Shown here piece after piece: positions 1 through 12,140 of a DNA stretch of 64,000 nucleotides. Both the position numbers and the translations under genes were made by a program. The notes below the pieces were generated by a model. That model ran no database searches. It was not told where the DNA came from and worked only from the letters and a program-made list of their open reading frames with translations. The DNA comes from Phyllosticta citribraziliensis (Eukaryota). Location: the NCBI RefSeq assembly GCF_038025025.1, contig NW_027117347.1:186001-250000 (forward strand), written 5' to 3'. Within the stretch, counting starts at the first letter, position 1, and every line of letters starts with the position of its first letter.

Positions 1-175
1 ACGAACCACCACGGCTACCATCCCGCTCACCACCTTTGCCTCGTCCTCCAAACATTCAACCCCCTCCTCGTCCCACCCCGATCACCTCACCCGCCACGGC
101 TCCTCCCAACCTTCGTCTCCCTTCCCCGGGGCTTCCGCCGACGGACTGCCCCCGTGGACCACGTCCACCGCCACA

Positions 176-1954
176 ATGGACAACAACACGACCACGACCA
201 ACCACTCTCGACGGAGATCGACCTCGCTCATCGGTCCCGCCGCCACCGTCGGTCGCTCCAACTCGCTGCGCTCGCAAAAGGGCCACCGCAGGACCATGTC
301 CGAGCACATCCCTGAGGCCGCCGAGGACAAGCAGGACCTCGACTACGGCGACAGCTCCAGCTCCGGCCTCGACGACGAAGAAGGCCTCACCGACGACGAG
401 GAGACGGGCCTCACATCCAAGGACCGCCGGAAACGAAGAAGGAGAAAGAGGAGAAACACCCGCCTCGACGAGCGCATAGCCTCTGATGTCACCATCTCAA
501 AGGAGGAGGAGAAGATTGCTACAGCCACCTTTGTCAAGGCCTCTCTCATCAACACTACTCTAATCGCTCTCTGGTTTGTGCTCCCTCCCCCTTTCTTGAG
601 CCCTTCTAACCTCTGACCCAGGTACTTTTTCTCCATATCCATCTCAATCGTACGTAACCGACCCACTGCCCGTCATGGCTCGTGCTCACCATCAACAGTA
701 CAACAAGTGGATGTTTGCAGCAAGCGAGGACGGTCAATCCAACCTCAACTTCCCCTTTCCGCTCTTCACGACGTGCCTGCACATGGTGGTCCAATTCACC
801 CTCGCCTCGCTCGTCCTCTACTTCTTCCCGAAATTCCGACCGCGACACGACTCGCTCGACTCGCATCATGATTCCGCTCGGGCGCCCCCCCGGCGAGAAG
901 AGCCGACGGATCCGAACAAACCGCTCATGACCAAGTGGTTCTACTGCACGCGCATCGGCCCGTGCGGTGCTGCCACCGGTCTAGACATTGGCCTGGGCAA
1001 CATGAGCCTCAAGTTTATTTCTCTCACCTTTTTCAGTGCGTAGCCCTCTTTTTTCCCTGCATCCAACTAACATGTCCAGCCATGTGCAAATCCTCCGTCC
1101 TCGGCTTCGTCCTCCTTTTTGCCTTTATTTTCCGCCTAGAAAAGCCGTCGTGGAAGCTTGGGGCAATCATACTGACCATGACCGTTGGTGTGATTATGAT
1201 GGTTGCGGGCGAGACGGCGTTCAACGCCCTCGGCTTCATTCTCATCATGTCGTCGGCCCTCGCGTCCGGCTTTCGGTGGTCGCTGACTCAGATTCTGCTG
1301 CTCCGGAATCCTGCCACGTCGAATCCCTTTTCTAGCATCTTCTTCCTCGCACCCGTCATGTTTCTCAGTCTTTTTGTCATTGCCGTGCCCGTCGAGGGCT
1401 TTGCGGAGCTCTGGGAGGGATTTGCCCAGCTCCGAGCCGCCAAGGGCCTGATGCTCAGCATCCTGATTCTCATGTTCCCCGGAACCCTCGCCTTCCTCAT
1501 GACGGCGTCCGAGTTTGCTCTGCTGAAGCGAACCAGCGTCGTCACGCTCAGCGTGTGCGGCATCTTCAAAGAAATCGTCACCATCACGGCGGCATCGCTC
1601 GTGTTTGACGACCGCCTCACGACCATCAACGTGTCGGGGCTGCTGGTGACGATTGGCAGCATCGCGGCGTACAACTGGATCAAGGTCAAGCAGATGCACG
1701 AGGACGCGCGGCTCGAGGCGCGCCTGGCGGCCGAAGAATACCAACCCGTGCTGAGCGCCGAGCCGGGGGATGAGTACCATGTGGATGGGCAGCGGGTAGG
1801 CCTCCCCGGTTCCAGCAGCAGTCGAGTGCGTAACAGTCTGAGCATTCAGCCAGTGCGCGATGCGGACCGTCTTTTGCTCGGCGAGACAGCGGCGCAGCAG
1901 CAATCAACACCGGTTCGGCAGAGTCCGGTCAAGAGACCGGAGGACTTGGATTGA
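176..1954 (+). CDS. Triose-phosphate-translocator/nucleotide-sugar transporter family protein (SLC35C2/YMD8-like)
   Basis: Introns 574-621, 650-698 and 1036-1079 give WYFFSISISIYNKWMF...FPLFTTCLHMVVQF...LDIGLGNMSLKFI...TMCKSS...SEFALLKRTSVVTLSVCGIFKE, typical TPT-family motifs with many TM segments. The frame is open back to the window edge, so the start could lie upstream of 176. Confidence 0.88.
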
Positions 1955-1990
1955 GCGGAATGAAAAGAGCGGTAGCGGTAGCATTTTGAT

Positions 1991-2021
1991 TTCTTCTTCT
2001 TCTTCTTCTTCTTCTTCTTCT
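1991..2021. repeat. (TCT)n microsatellite
   Basis: About 10 TTC/TCT units just after the transporter stop codon. Confidence 0.9.
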
Positions 2022-2812
2022 CCTGCGTCTTCGTCTACGTCTGCTACTACTACGTCATCGAATGATTGTTTTGACACGACTTGTTCTTCCTCTTCTTCGA
2101 CACTAGGCGTGGTGGAACGCGGCGGCGGCGGGGGTGGCGGCAAAGGGGGGTGGAGGCAGCAGAAGCCACTGAGCCGGGCGTCGTCGTCGCGGAGGCGCCA
2201 TTTTCTTTGGGACATGTGGGTGGAATCGACGACTGCATATTTTGCCAGCAAGTGGTGGTGAATTAGATAGATATCTCAAGGGCGGCGGCGGCGGTTGGTT
2301 GGTGGTGTTTTCTTGGTACCGTCGTATTGGGGAAAGAATGGTTTGGGATGGTTTTACAGCTGGGCCAGAGGGAGGCGGATGGACGGATGGATACGCCCTG
2401 CCTACCAGACTACCAGACTACCTACCCGCCTGCTGCCATCACATGGCACAAGAATCAATCAATCCATTTCGATTGATCGCCCGAACGGTTTGCGAGCTAT
2501 GGGATGCCGTTTGTGACTCGAACCACGGTAGATTGTCGAGGAGAGGAGAGGAGAGGAGACGAAGGCAACGGTAGACCTCCTCAACCGCAGTTATCGACCT
2601 GGCCCGGTGGATCCATCCGCTTCTTTCGTGCCCCCATCCCCAACATTGATGGGTGGTGTATGTATATCTCGCGCTTGCCTGCCTGCTCCTCCCTCTCTCC
2701 TGGTCTCACTCGCTCACTCACGCGTATATTGTTCGTTCGTTCACAGAACAGAACATTTCTACGATTGCTTTACCTCTCCAAAGCAAAAGAAAAAGAAGAA
2801 GAAGCCAAAGAC

Positions 2813-4285
2813 ATGGCAAACTCAAGCCGTCCTCGCGTCGTGGCCTTCACCTACGCCGCCATCCTCTTCGTCTGTCTGCAAGGCAGCTCGAGTCCAGGCG
2901 CACTCGCAGCCCCCGTCCGTCCCACGCTGCCTCTGCCTCTGCCTCTGCTTCTGCCCTCGTCACCCCCGTCGACACTCCCCTCGACGAGACCGCTGCCGCT
3001 ATCGCGAGAGCAGCGGTGGGAGCAGATGTGGGAGCAGCCGGAGGAGCGTTTGAGCGCCACGCTGCCTACGGCCTCCAGGCTGCCCGTCCCGCACAAGGAC
3101 AACCATAGCCCCCTTGACATGACCAGCACCAGCGGTACCGGCAGCAGACCCACGCTGCCTGCTCCCGAGGTGCATCTCCCCGAGGTGCATCTCTCTGCTC
3201 CTGCAGTCCCCACGCTCCCTACAGCCTCCACGCCCCCTAAGCTCGCCAACCACACCGACGACGCGTTCCAACTCGGCAACGTGCACGTGCAGGCGCAAGT
3301 CAAGACGCCGACCAACGCGACGGAAGAGGAGAAGAAGGCGGCGCTGGCGCAGGCGCTGCGGGAGGCCATTGTCGTGTTTGAGCGGCAGGGCCAGAACCAG
3401 ACCGCCACCACCGCAACGACAAGCACAGACGACCGGATGGCCAAGGCCGCCGACGACGATGACGACGACGACGACGATGCCGCCGCCAAGGAGGTGCTGC
3501 GGAAGAGAGACCTGCAGAAAGACGACCAGCCAAAACCTTTTCTGGACAAGAAGACCAAAGAGCTTCTGGGCAAGCTGCTGAAGAACGTGCCGCGGGTGCA
3601 CAGGCATGGCGGCGCGGTCACCAACACTATTAACAGCAACGCCAGCACAACCACGACCACGACCGCCACCACCGCCCTTAGCGACAAGGAACGGAAGCGC
3701 CAGGAGAAAGAACGCAAGCGCCAGGAGAAGGCCGACGCGAAACAGCGAAAGGCCGAGGAAGCGCTTCTGGAGTGGTGGAGGAACTTCAACCAGATCAAGG
3801 ACAAGAAGAAGAGCCTCAGCAAGCGGGCGGCGGACGCGCCTGATTTCGCGAGGAAGGTCGCGATGCTGCAGGACGCGCTGGGCAAGGTGTCTGCCGATGC
3901 CAACGCCGCCAATCGCAACGCCAACGCCAACAGCACCGGCATCATGGCCGACAGCACGCTCAGCAACCTGACCAGCAGCCTCAACAACCCCAACCCCACC
4001 GTCACCAACCTCCCCGACAGCACCCCCCTAACCACGCCCACCGCCGCGGACACAGCCGAACGCACCAACGCGACAGCCGCCGCCGCAACGGACGCCAAAA
4101 CGGCAATCCTGCAGCTGGCAGCGGCCGCCAACAAGGTGCGCAACGGCAAGAGGAAGGACGAGGTGATGAAGGCGGTCAAGGCGGTCAAGGCGGTGGCGGC
4201 GGCGACGAGCGGGGATCTGGAGCTGGCGTTTTGGAAGAAGGTGATTGGGATCTTGGATGACATTTTTGGGGATATATATGGTTGA
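2813..4285 (+). CDS. Hypothetical secreted low-complexity protein
   Basis: ATG at 2813 (MANSSRPRVVAFTYAAILFVCLQG, signal-peptide-like). Strong GC3 codon bias, Pro/Thr/Asp/Asn-rich linkers, dibasic KR sites. Confidence 0.7.
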   Translation: MANSSRPRVVAFTYAAILFVCLQGSSSPGALAAPVRPTLPLPLPLLLPSSPPSTLPSTRPLPLSREQRWEQMWEQPEERLSATLPTASRLPVPHKDNHSPLDMTSTSGTGSRPTLPAPEVHLPEVHLSAPAVPTLPTASTPPKLANHTDDAFQLGNVHVQAQVKTPTNATEEEKKAALAQALREAIVVFERQGQNQTATTATTSTDDRMAKAADDDDDDDDDAAAKEVLRKRDLQKDDQPKPFLDKKTKELLGKLLKNVPRVHRHGGAVTNTINSNASTTTTTTATTALSDKERKRQEKERKRQEKADAKQRKAEEALLEWWRNFNQIKDKKKSLSKRAADAPDFARKVAMLQDALGKVSADANAANRNANANSTGIMADSTLSNLTSSLNNPNPTVTNLPDSTPLTTPTAADTAERTNATAAAATDAKTAILQLAAAANKVRNGKRKDEVMKAVKAVKAVAAATSGDLELAFWKKVIGILDDIFGDIYG

Positions 4286-4674
4286 GCATGATGAAGTAGG
4301 GGAAGGGAGGAGTGGGAGGATTGGGGCTGGGGAAATGAGATGGGTGATGACTGGACTGGTTGGACTGGACTGGACCGACTAGCCTTTGAGTAATGTACCT
4401 AATGTAGATGGATAGATGGGGAGGATAGATGTAGGACGTACGGGGTATAATGAGACAATTGACCGACAGACAAGTAGAACGAAGGAAGGACGGTGCGAGA
4501 AATCGAATCCAACGGACAAGGAAAGTGGACGTGTAGAAAGATAGGAAAAGAATACTTCGAAAGAATAACGAAAACGATAAGGGACATCAGGTATCAACCC
4601 CAAGCAAAGCAGACGACCAACAGCGCCACCAGCAAGAATCCAAAACACCCAAGAAGGTTGCAATCAACGAAAGA

Positions 4675-6345
4675 TCACTCCCCCACAACGCCCCACCGTT
4701 GCAACTGCATCTCGTCCATCTCCTCTCCCTCGCCAACACCCTGGAAGCGTCTCACATGCCTCAACCCACGCTCAAGATACTCCTTGATAACGCACTCGCC
4801 ATTGCCCTGGCAAACCTTCTTGCGACCAAGGTTCTTGTAGCGAGGGCCAAGTGGACCATTGACGTAGTGGTACTGGCCGGCGAAGCGGTACTGGCGGGGG
4901 TCGGAGAGGGGATAAAACTTGTCGCCCCAGTGGCCGTGAAAGTAGAACCACTTGGTGGGCGCGAGGGGCGTCGCCGTCGAAGACCGCAGCTCGTCGGTCG
5001 TGTAGTTGTACGTGAAGCTAAACAGGTTGAGCGCTGGGTCCCAGAGTGGGCCGCGGTCGGTAATGTCGTGCAAGAGGCCCCAGGGGAGAATGTAGGCGTG
5101 AGTGCCGGGCGTTGCGTACATGGCGTGCGTTCCAGTGGCAATGTAGCCGACGGGCTGCCTGGTTAGCTTGACAGTCTTTAAAGAGAGCGAGAAACCTACC
5201 CTCTTGCCAATCTTTTCCACCGCTTCATACGCATAGGCCTCGCCAAAGCTGTGCTCGCTGAAAAAGACGGCCTTGGGCTTGCCGTGGTGGAACCGTATCA
5301 CCGTGTGCTCCCAATCGCCCACGTGGTTGCCGAACCGCACGTTGAGCACCACGTTGCCAAGGTTGTAACTGTAAAAGTAGAACCAAAAGGCGTCAATCAC
5401 GCCGTCCCCTTTGTCCACCACAATCAGGACCGCCGGCGCGTCGCTGCGACCTCCTGGACTACCGGCTGCCTCACCTGCGGACCAATCCAGGCGCTTCTTC
5501 CTGCTCTTGGTCCGCGGCTCGTGATCGACAAACTCTTCGTCCTCCCCCACTAGCTCTTCCCCTTCATCCGTGTCCGTCGGCATCTGCGAACCTTGGTTCG
5601 GGTTGGGTCGCACTCCGCCCCGCTCCTTGCTATCACCCTGTCCAGCCTCGTACCACGGGCGGTCATTCTTGTCCGGCAAGTCGCCATCAACGCGGCTGTC
5701 CCAGTCTGCCCATGCAACGGGCAAATCATTGTCGTCCTCGTGGCCTGGGCGGACAGGCACGTTGGACTTGCCGCCAAGCCAGTCAGGGCGCTCTTCCACA
5801 TTGTCGTCGCTTTGAAGATATACAAAGCGGCCGTAGTCGTTGAGCTCGTCCAAGTCTGAGAGGGTAGGATGGTCCGACCGCGCCTGGATCGGAGTGTAGT
5901 TTAGATGCGGCGTCGTGTGGAAGAGGTGTTCGGCAATATCACAAGGCCAAAACTTTTCTCCCGAGAACAAATGCATCAACGGGGCATAATCCAGCACGTA
6001 CTGCGGTACCTCACGCAACACGCGCTCGTCCTGGGACCACTCGTCGGGCGACGTCTTTCCACTCTTCCAAAAGTCACTGAGGTCGTGGTGTTCTGTCGCC
6101 AACGCCTCTTGCTTGCTACCTCTGAGATTTCCCCACTTTGAACGGTTGAGGTGAGAGGCGCCGCAAACACCAAACCATTGACACGCCTTGCGCTCCGCCC
6201 ATGACTTGGAGCTCGATATCCACTGCTGTTCCTCCAATCCCTCGGAGCCAGCCGGTACATGAGTGTGTTGGTAGACCTGCGAGACGGAGAAGAGACTTAG
6301 AAAAGTCGAAAGAATGGCAATCGGGACTCGTCTCCCCATCAACAT
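4675..6345 (-). CDS. VPS62: Vps62-like protein
   Basis: N-terminal hydrophobic anchor, YVLDYAPLMHLFSGEKFWP, DAFWFYFYSYNLG...FGNHVGDWEH, YIATGTHAMYATPG, DITDRGPLWDP, WFYFHGHWGD, GPLGP. In-frame 45-nt intron at 5155-5199. Confidence 0.8.
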   Translation of the reverse strand: MLMGRRVPIAILSTFLSLFSVSQVYQHTHVPAGSEGLEEQQWISSSKSWAERKACQWFGVCGASHLNRSKWGNLRGSKQEALATEHHDLSDFWKSGKTSPDEWSQDERVLREVPQYVLDYAPLMHLFSGEKFWPCDIAEHLFHTTPHLNYTPIQARSDHPTLSDLDELNDYGRFVYLQSDDNVEERPDWLGGKSNVPVRPGHEDDNDLPVAWADWDSRVDGDLPDKNDRPWYEAGQGDSKERGGVRPNPNQGSQMPTDTDEGEELVGEDEEFVDHEPRTKSRKKRLDWSAGEAAGSPGGRSDAPAVLIVVDKGDGVIDAFWFYFYSYNLGNVVLNVRFGNHVGDWEHTVIRFHHGKPKAVFFSEHSFGEAYAYEAVEKIGKRVGFSLSLKTVKLTRQPVGYIATGTHAMYATPGTHAYILPWGLLHDITDRGPLWDPALNLFSFTYNYTTDELRSSTATPLAPTKWFYFHGHWGDKFYPLSDPRQYRFAGQYHYVNGPLGPRYKNLGRKKVCQGNGECVIKEYLERGLRHVRRFQGVGEGEEMDEMQLQRWGVVGE

Positions 6346-7427
6346 GGAAGTGTCGGTGTCGTTTTGAAGCGCGTTGCAATCGTCAGAGGCCCGGGAGTCG
6401 AAAGAGGGATCACCTGGTGCAACGTCTACCAGAGGCGTTGGAATGTCGACAAAGGACGGGGTAGGACTGGCTACCTGGGGGGTCGTCAACGAACGGAGAG
6501 AGGATACGGCAGCACCTGCTGGCGGCAGGGCTGGATGAAGTAGCGGCGCCTGGCCGCCATGTTGTGCGAGAGCTGGCACTAGAGCAGGCAAAGACGACGA
6601 ATTAGCCACGAGAGAAAGGTGGGGTGGGCCTACGGGGGCGGACTTGCTGGTATGAGGTCAGAAGATGCGTCCGTGTAGTGATGTCTGGGGGCGCCGGCGT
6701 GGATTAGCAAGACCGGGAGCGGAAGCGTGTCGAGGCCGGAGGAGCTGACGGCAGGCGGCGATCGGCAACCAGGACTGGACTGCAGGGCGTTGGCATCGCC
6801 AGGGCGAGTGATTGGAGAGCGAGATGATGGCCAGAAGCGAAAGGATTGACGACGCACGGGAGAGGCGGAAGACTGGCCGAGTGGCGAGCGCGAGTGGAGG
6901 AGGGAGTTTGGGCAGTGATGTGATGACGCCGTCGTTGTCGGGAGTGTTTCGGAGCCGGCGGTGAGCAATGCTGATAGAAGAAGTGATGGCTTGATTAGTA
7001 GGGGTGAGAGTCAGAGTGTAGCCGCGAGCATCCGGAGAGGAGGGTGAGAAGCTGGGCCAGCTCACGAGTGAACATGAGCTTGGCGGTGGTTGGACGTCGA
7101 CTGGTGTCCATGGACGTTGACGATAAGCAGCAATCGATAGCCGAAACCCCGCGGCTGAGAGGGAGAGGGAGAGGGAGAGGGAGGAAGGTGCCGGCTCGCA
7201 TCCCGAACCCGACGGCCGACCCGACGGGCGGATCCCGTCCAACTCTGCACGTCAATCCATCTTTTCTCTCCACTCCACTCTGCCTCCAGCGCAATGGACT
7301 GAACACCGCCCTCGATACACGCCAACCATGGACTTGGACTTGGACATGACCCAATCAACACCCGACCTCCATCCCCTTCGACTCCCCCCAAGCCTCGCGC
7401 GCCGAAAATTTTGACCCGACCGCCACC

Positions 7428-8809
7428 ATGGCCGCCGCACCCGCTTCTGCAAACCGCGGCGCCGACTCGGACGACTGGGAGTACGAGTATGACGACACCG
7501 ACACCCAGGTCCGTCTTTCTAGCCAGCCTACGCTCTAGGCCCCCGTAACTCACGCCGCTCACAGGACGTTTACTTTACGCTCGACCTAACCTCGCACACG
7601 GCCGTCGCCGCCCCCAGAAAAGGCTTCGGCAAGCTTGAGCACGACATTTTTCAAGAGACCCGGAAGAAGAAGAATGGACTCAACAAACGACAAGCTGGCG
7701 ACGGCACTCCCCAAGACCAGGGCGACGACGACATAGAGATTGAAGACGACGACGACGAGGAACGCCTGCAAATCGTTGGCCTCCACCATGACAATCCCAT
7801 CGTCTCGTACAAGGGCCAAGCCTACACTTGCAAGTGGGCATCAACCATTGGGACCGACCTCTTCTTTGCGCGCGCCCCAGACGCCGACGCCGACGACGAC
7901 CAACCCCCCGCGCCCGACCCCTTGCGCCCCCTAGGCACATTCAACATGCTGGGCGCCAGTTCGACGCGGCTGGTCGCGACAGCAGCCAAACTGCGCGAAC
8001 GCACATCCACCGAGCAACGCGGTACCCCTGCGCCGGCTGGACCCTCGAACAGCAGCGCAGTCGCAAGCAATTCGCAACCGCCAGCCGCCAACCCCTCGTC
8101 TCTCCTCTTCACGCGCGCCGCCGACGTCCCGCACTTCTACGTCCCTCCCAACGCGACACGCGCGCAAAAGCGCCAGGCGTCGTTTCTCGAAAACTTCGCC
8201 GCCGTCAAGGCGCGCCTCGGCGAGCAAGACACCGTACGCTCAAACTCGTACACGGGGCGAAGCGGCGCCCGCACAGCAGCGGCAGAAGCGCCATACGACG
8301 CGCAGAGCGAAGACGAAGCCGGCGACCTTGCAGGCCCGTCGACGCCGCGCTCGCATCGCGGCAATGCGAGACAATCGGCGTCATTCCTGTCTGCCCAACG
8401 CGCCGCCCACGCCACGCCCTCTGCGAACGGCGACGGCAGTCCCGCCGCCTCTGCCTCGCCCAGCGCGGAGCCAGCGCCCACGCGCGGCAGGGGTCGCGGC
8501 AGGAAAGGGCGGCCCCGGGGGCGCGGGAGGGGGCGCGGACGGCCTCGCGGGCGTGGCAGAGGGGCCCGCACGGCCAACAAGGCCATAGAACCCGACCCCG
8601 ACGGCGGCGGCGATGGCGACGGCGACGGCGACGCAGCAGACGCGGGTGGATCGGTCGCTACGCCCGCGCTGTGGGATGACGCCATGACGGGCGTGGAGAG
8701 CGCGTCGCCGAGGAGGTTTTCGGTGGGCGAGGTGCTGGCGCAGCAGCAGAGGCAGCAGCAGCAGGGGTCTCAGGGACACGAGGCTGGACCGGACGCTATG
8801 CAGGAGTAG
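7428..8809 (+). CDS. TFIIIC subunit with triple-barrel (tau55/GTF3C6-like) domain and an RG-rich tail
   Basis: Exon 1 MAAAPASANRGADSDDWEYEYDDTDTQ, intron 7509-7564, then DVYFTLDL...LQIVGLHHDNPIVSYKGQAYTCKWASTIGTDLFF, in frame with ORF 7922..8809. Confidence 0.75.
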
Positions 8810-10246
8810 ATGGAGGCTACTGAGGAAGAGAGCGAACGGGGGCTGGGAGGGGATGGCTACTTTGGCTAGCTTGGTGAGTGAAGACAAGAAGGCGAACACC
8901 TTGAACAAAAGGAAGAGGAACAAAAGAGCAACAGGAAAAAGATAGGGAAAAGGAAAAATACACCTAGAAAGATACCCAATGCATCAATCAGCCCAAATGG
9001 CCAACCCTTCATGTCTACGCTCACGTCTCCCTTGCTCACTCCCCCCCTCCCTCTATACACTAGCATAAGCGAGCACTGCCCACGCATCCATCTTTTCTCC
9101 TCCCCCTCGTCCTCGTTCTCTCTCTTACACCGTGCTGGTTCTGCGCCGGCGTTTCAGTTTCTCGTGCCGCTGCGCTATACCACCACGCTACGGGATGCTA
9201 CGGTGCTATACTGCATCGTAGTGTGGCTGGGTTAGTATGGCGGATATACACCTAGGCAGACAGACAGACGGGCAGGCATACAGGCGAGTAGGCAAACACC
9301 CACATACACAGCCATGCGGATTTAGGCAGACTTCTACGCGGTACCTATCCAGGCAACCAAGCACACGGGCAGGGTGGGCGAAACGGAAGAGCGGTGTGAT
9401 GCACTACTGTACGCCCGGATAGCTACATAGGTTCATAGACACAGAGGTACGTGTCCTACCCAGTATGTAGGCACCCATCACACAATGCAGCCCTGAAGGA
9501 GATATATTATGTCAGTAGGCTAGGTAGATGGGGAGCTAGAGAGCTAGGAGGATGTAGAAGGAAGTGGAGTAGGGAAGAAAGGACGAGCAGAGGAGCAGCG
9601 CGGCGTGCTCTACGTGTGTTTGTTTGTCTGTCTGTCTGTCTGTACGTCGACCCAAGTAAATCGTCCCGTATCCATGCTTCCATCCATCCATCCATCCCCA
9701 TCAGCCTCATCCAAACCGCTTAAGATGGCGAGGAAAGACAGGAACGACACAGAGAAGGAGAAACGGAGCGGGCAACGAAAAGGTCAGAGTCTATGTTGCA
9801 AAGAGAGGTCGTCGACGTCGTGGGTAGCGTGGTGTAGCAACCAGACACAAATGCCCATCAAAAAAGGGAGAAAGGAAACATGCCAAATCCTAACCACCCA
9901 AGTCTCCAGCCAGCCAGTCAGTCCCAGTCAACAACAACAAGTAAAATCGATGCGCGCTGAGCAAACACAGAGAAAGAAGGCCCGATTGGAGCCGTCAGGA
10001 AGGAAAAGAAAAAGAAAAGGGACAGACAGTCCCCTCATGCAATTGGTGCGCCGCGCTCTTTTTAGAGTTTGCAACATGTGCGCCGACCCGACCAACGGAA
10101 AACAAGGCTGAACAAAAGTCAATGACGCGCGTAGGTAGGCCCAAATGTGACGTGGACGACACCGACAGGAGGACCAAGAGCACAGCCTGGGCAGGGCAAG
10201 ATGCAATGGTGAATGGTGAATGGCGAGCTTGATACGACCGAGTGAA

Positions 10247-11146
10247 CTATGGCGGTGCCGGTGCTAATTGGACGCCTGCCTGCGAGTCCACGTCCATAAT
10301 GTCAACCGAGGCGTTAAAGGGCAGGGCGGTCCAGCCATCGTCAGGATCGGATACGGACGGAGGACGACTGGTGCTGCCGCTTGCGCTGAGGGGCAAGATT
10401 GATTCGTTTTCTCGTGGAGGGACGTTGGAAATGCCGAAGAGGCCGGCGTCGTTTGTAGTTGGATTCACCTTGCGGCGCAAACGACGCGCAGGAGAGAGGT
10501 CGTCGGTGGGGTCGTCAGCGTCGCTGCCTTCAATCTCGCTGAATGTGCGCTTGAACCGTCGGTCCATCCGCCGCTTTTTGCGTTGTAGAAACCTGCGCTG
10601 GCGCTCCCCGAAACCACTCTTGCCCGATTCGTCGCCGTCGCAGTTCAAGTCCTGAAACCTCGTCGCTATGCCGCAGTCGTCGCCATTGCGCTGCCGGTCC
10701 CGCTCCGCAGAGGGCTCCTCAACACCATCAGGTTGCACAATCTCCAGTCCATTGTGGACGGCATCGCCTTCGGTGACTTCCTCCACGTCGAGCTCAATGT
10801 TTCCCATGGGCGATATCGGGACTTCTTCGCTTGGGGAGAGGACTTCGCTCACGGACCCCGTGTCACCAACGGACGCCACAGACAGGTCATCCCTTGCATG
10901 AGCGCCGGCTTGGAGCGATTCTCGCGACGAGACGTGCGATAGTGGTCGTATGGGGTGGTCCCGTCCGGTGGGCTCGCCGAATTCCAGCGGCGGCGACTCT
11001 GCCAGCTGCGGCGTGCCCATGCGTTTGTAAAAGAAAAAGGGCGGGCTCGGTGCTCCGGGGGTTGCAGGAGGGCTGGTCGGCCGGGTTGCCGGTGCCTCGA
11101 ATTGCGGTGGGAGCGGTGCCTCGAGCAGAGGGTTCGGCCCGTTCAT
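10247..11146 (-). CDS. Hypothetical protein (acidic and disordered, basic NLS-like KKRRMDRRFKR)
   Basis: 299-aa ORF with protein-like composition. The true 5' end or upstream exons are uncertain. Confidence 0.6.
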   Translation of the reverse strand: MNGPNPLLEAPLPPQFEAPATRPTSPPATPGAPSPPFFFYKRMGTPQLAESPPLEFGEPTGRDHPIRPLSHVSSRESLQAGAHARDDLSVASVGDTGSVSEVLSPSEEVPISPMGNIELDVEEVTEGDAVHNGLEIVQPDGVEEPSAERDRQRNGDDCGIATRFQDLNCDGDESGKSGFGERQRRFLQRKKRRMDRRFKRTFSEIEGSDADDPTDDLSPARRLRRKVNPTTNDAGLFGISNVPPRENESILPLSASGSTSRPPSVSDPDDGWTALPFNASVDIMDVDSQAGVQLAPAPP

Positions 11147-12140
11147 TTTTAAAGGCGTCGACGGCGAACGGGCCTGGCAAGGTAGATTTTCGGATCAAAA
11201 AAGACGTCGGATATGACGTTGCTGCTGGCAAAAGGTCTTGGTGAGGCCTGTCATTTTCTTTGGCGATGCTGGACAATGGCGTGCCGTCTTTCTGGCCAGT
11301 CTTATCGTCAAAATGGCGCCATCACAGCGTGGAGGGGCAAGAGTCGGCCGCGGTATTCGGTGCGGAGGGAGCTGACCAGAGAGCAATAAATCAGGCGGGC
11401 TGCCGCGTTGGAGTACAGTAGGCGTGTCTTTGGCCAGGATGGTCCAGAGGTTGCGGGGGGAGAATATTATCTAGGGCGACGACAAAGAGCGGGAGATTCA
11501 TGTGCAGTGGGTTCCTTGTTTCCCGGCTGCTGACCGAGAGAGCGTCTCCCAGGTCTTGGTATGACAGGCTGAAGCCATGCGCCCGCATCTGCACCTGCGC
11601 GTGCATGCCATGGCATTGAACGGCGAATCGAGACGACGAGCAGCTGGTTGGTGGCAGTGTTGACATGTCAGTCGTCAATGCCGTCCGTCTTGACCGTCCA
11701 GTGCCGCATAACCCACGAGTCTGGGATCTTCCATGCAGACGATGCAGAGAGCGCGCTGGCAGTCGTCTGGCCGTGGCGGGGTCGCGGTACGGATGGATGC
11801 GATGGATGGTCCAGGTCGTCCACCGCAGCGTCCAGCGGTTGTCCGTCGGCCTGACCGCCTTGAACTGCCCTGCCCGGGTCGGCACAACCATTCCCCGGTC
11901 AAGCTGGCCGCTGGGCTCAGGCCGGGCTACTGTCTCCAGCGAGGCCACCTCTCAGTTGACATCTTCAACCCCATGTTACATGGACCGCAGCTTAACCTCG
12001 CCGCTGCTCCTCTCCAACCAATCGTTACGCTCTCCACGCTCCTTCAGCTCTCATTCCGCCCCGAATCTTTTGCGATTGAGCGACACTCCCACCCGTGAAG
12101 CTGCGGCTTCTCCCTGAACAGCGCCATGCAGTCCCCATCC

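Noticed and set aside
2851..4263. 470-aa antisense ORF, and similar shadow ORFs over other genes
   Set aside because: Expected from high GC3 on the opposite coding strand; no independent motif.
6346..6609. GTG-initiated extension of the Vps62-like ORF
   Set aside because: Non-ATG start. ATG 6345 precedes the hydrophobic anchor and is more plausible.
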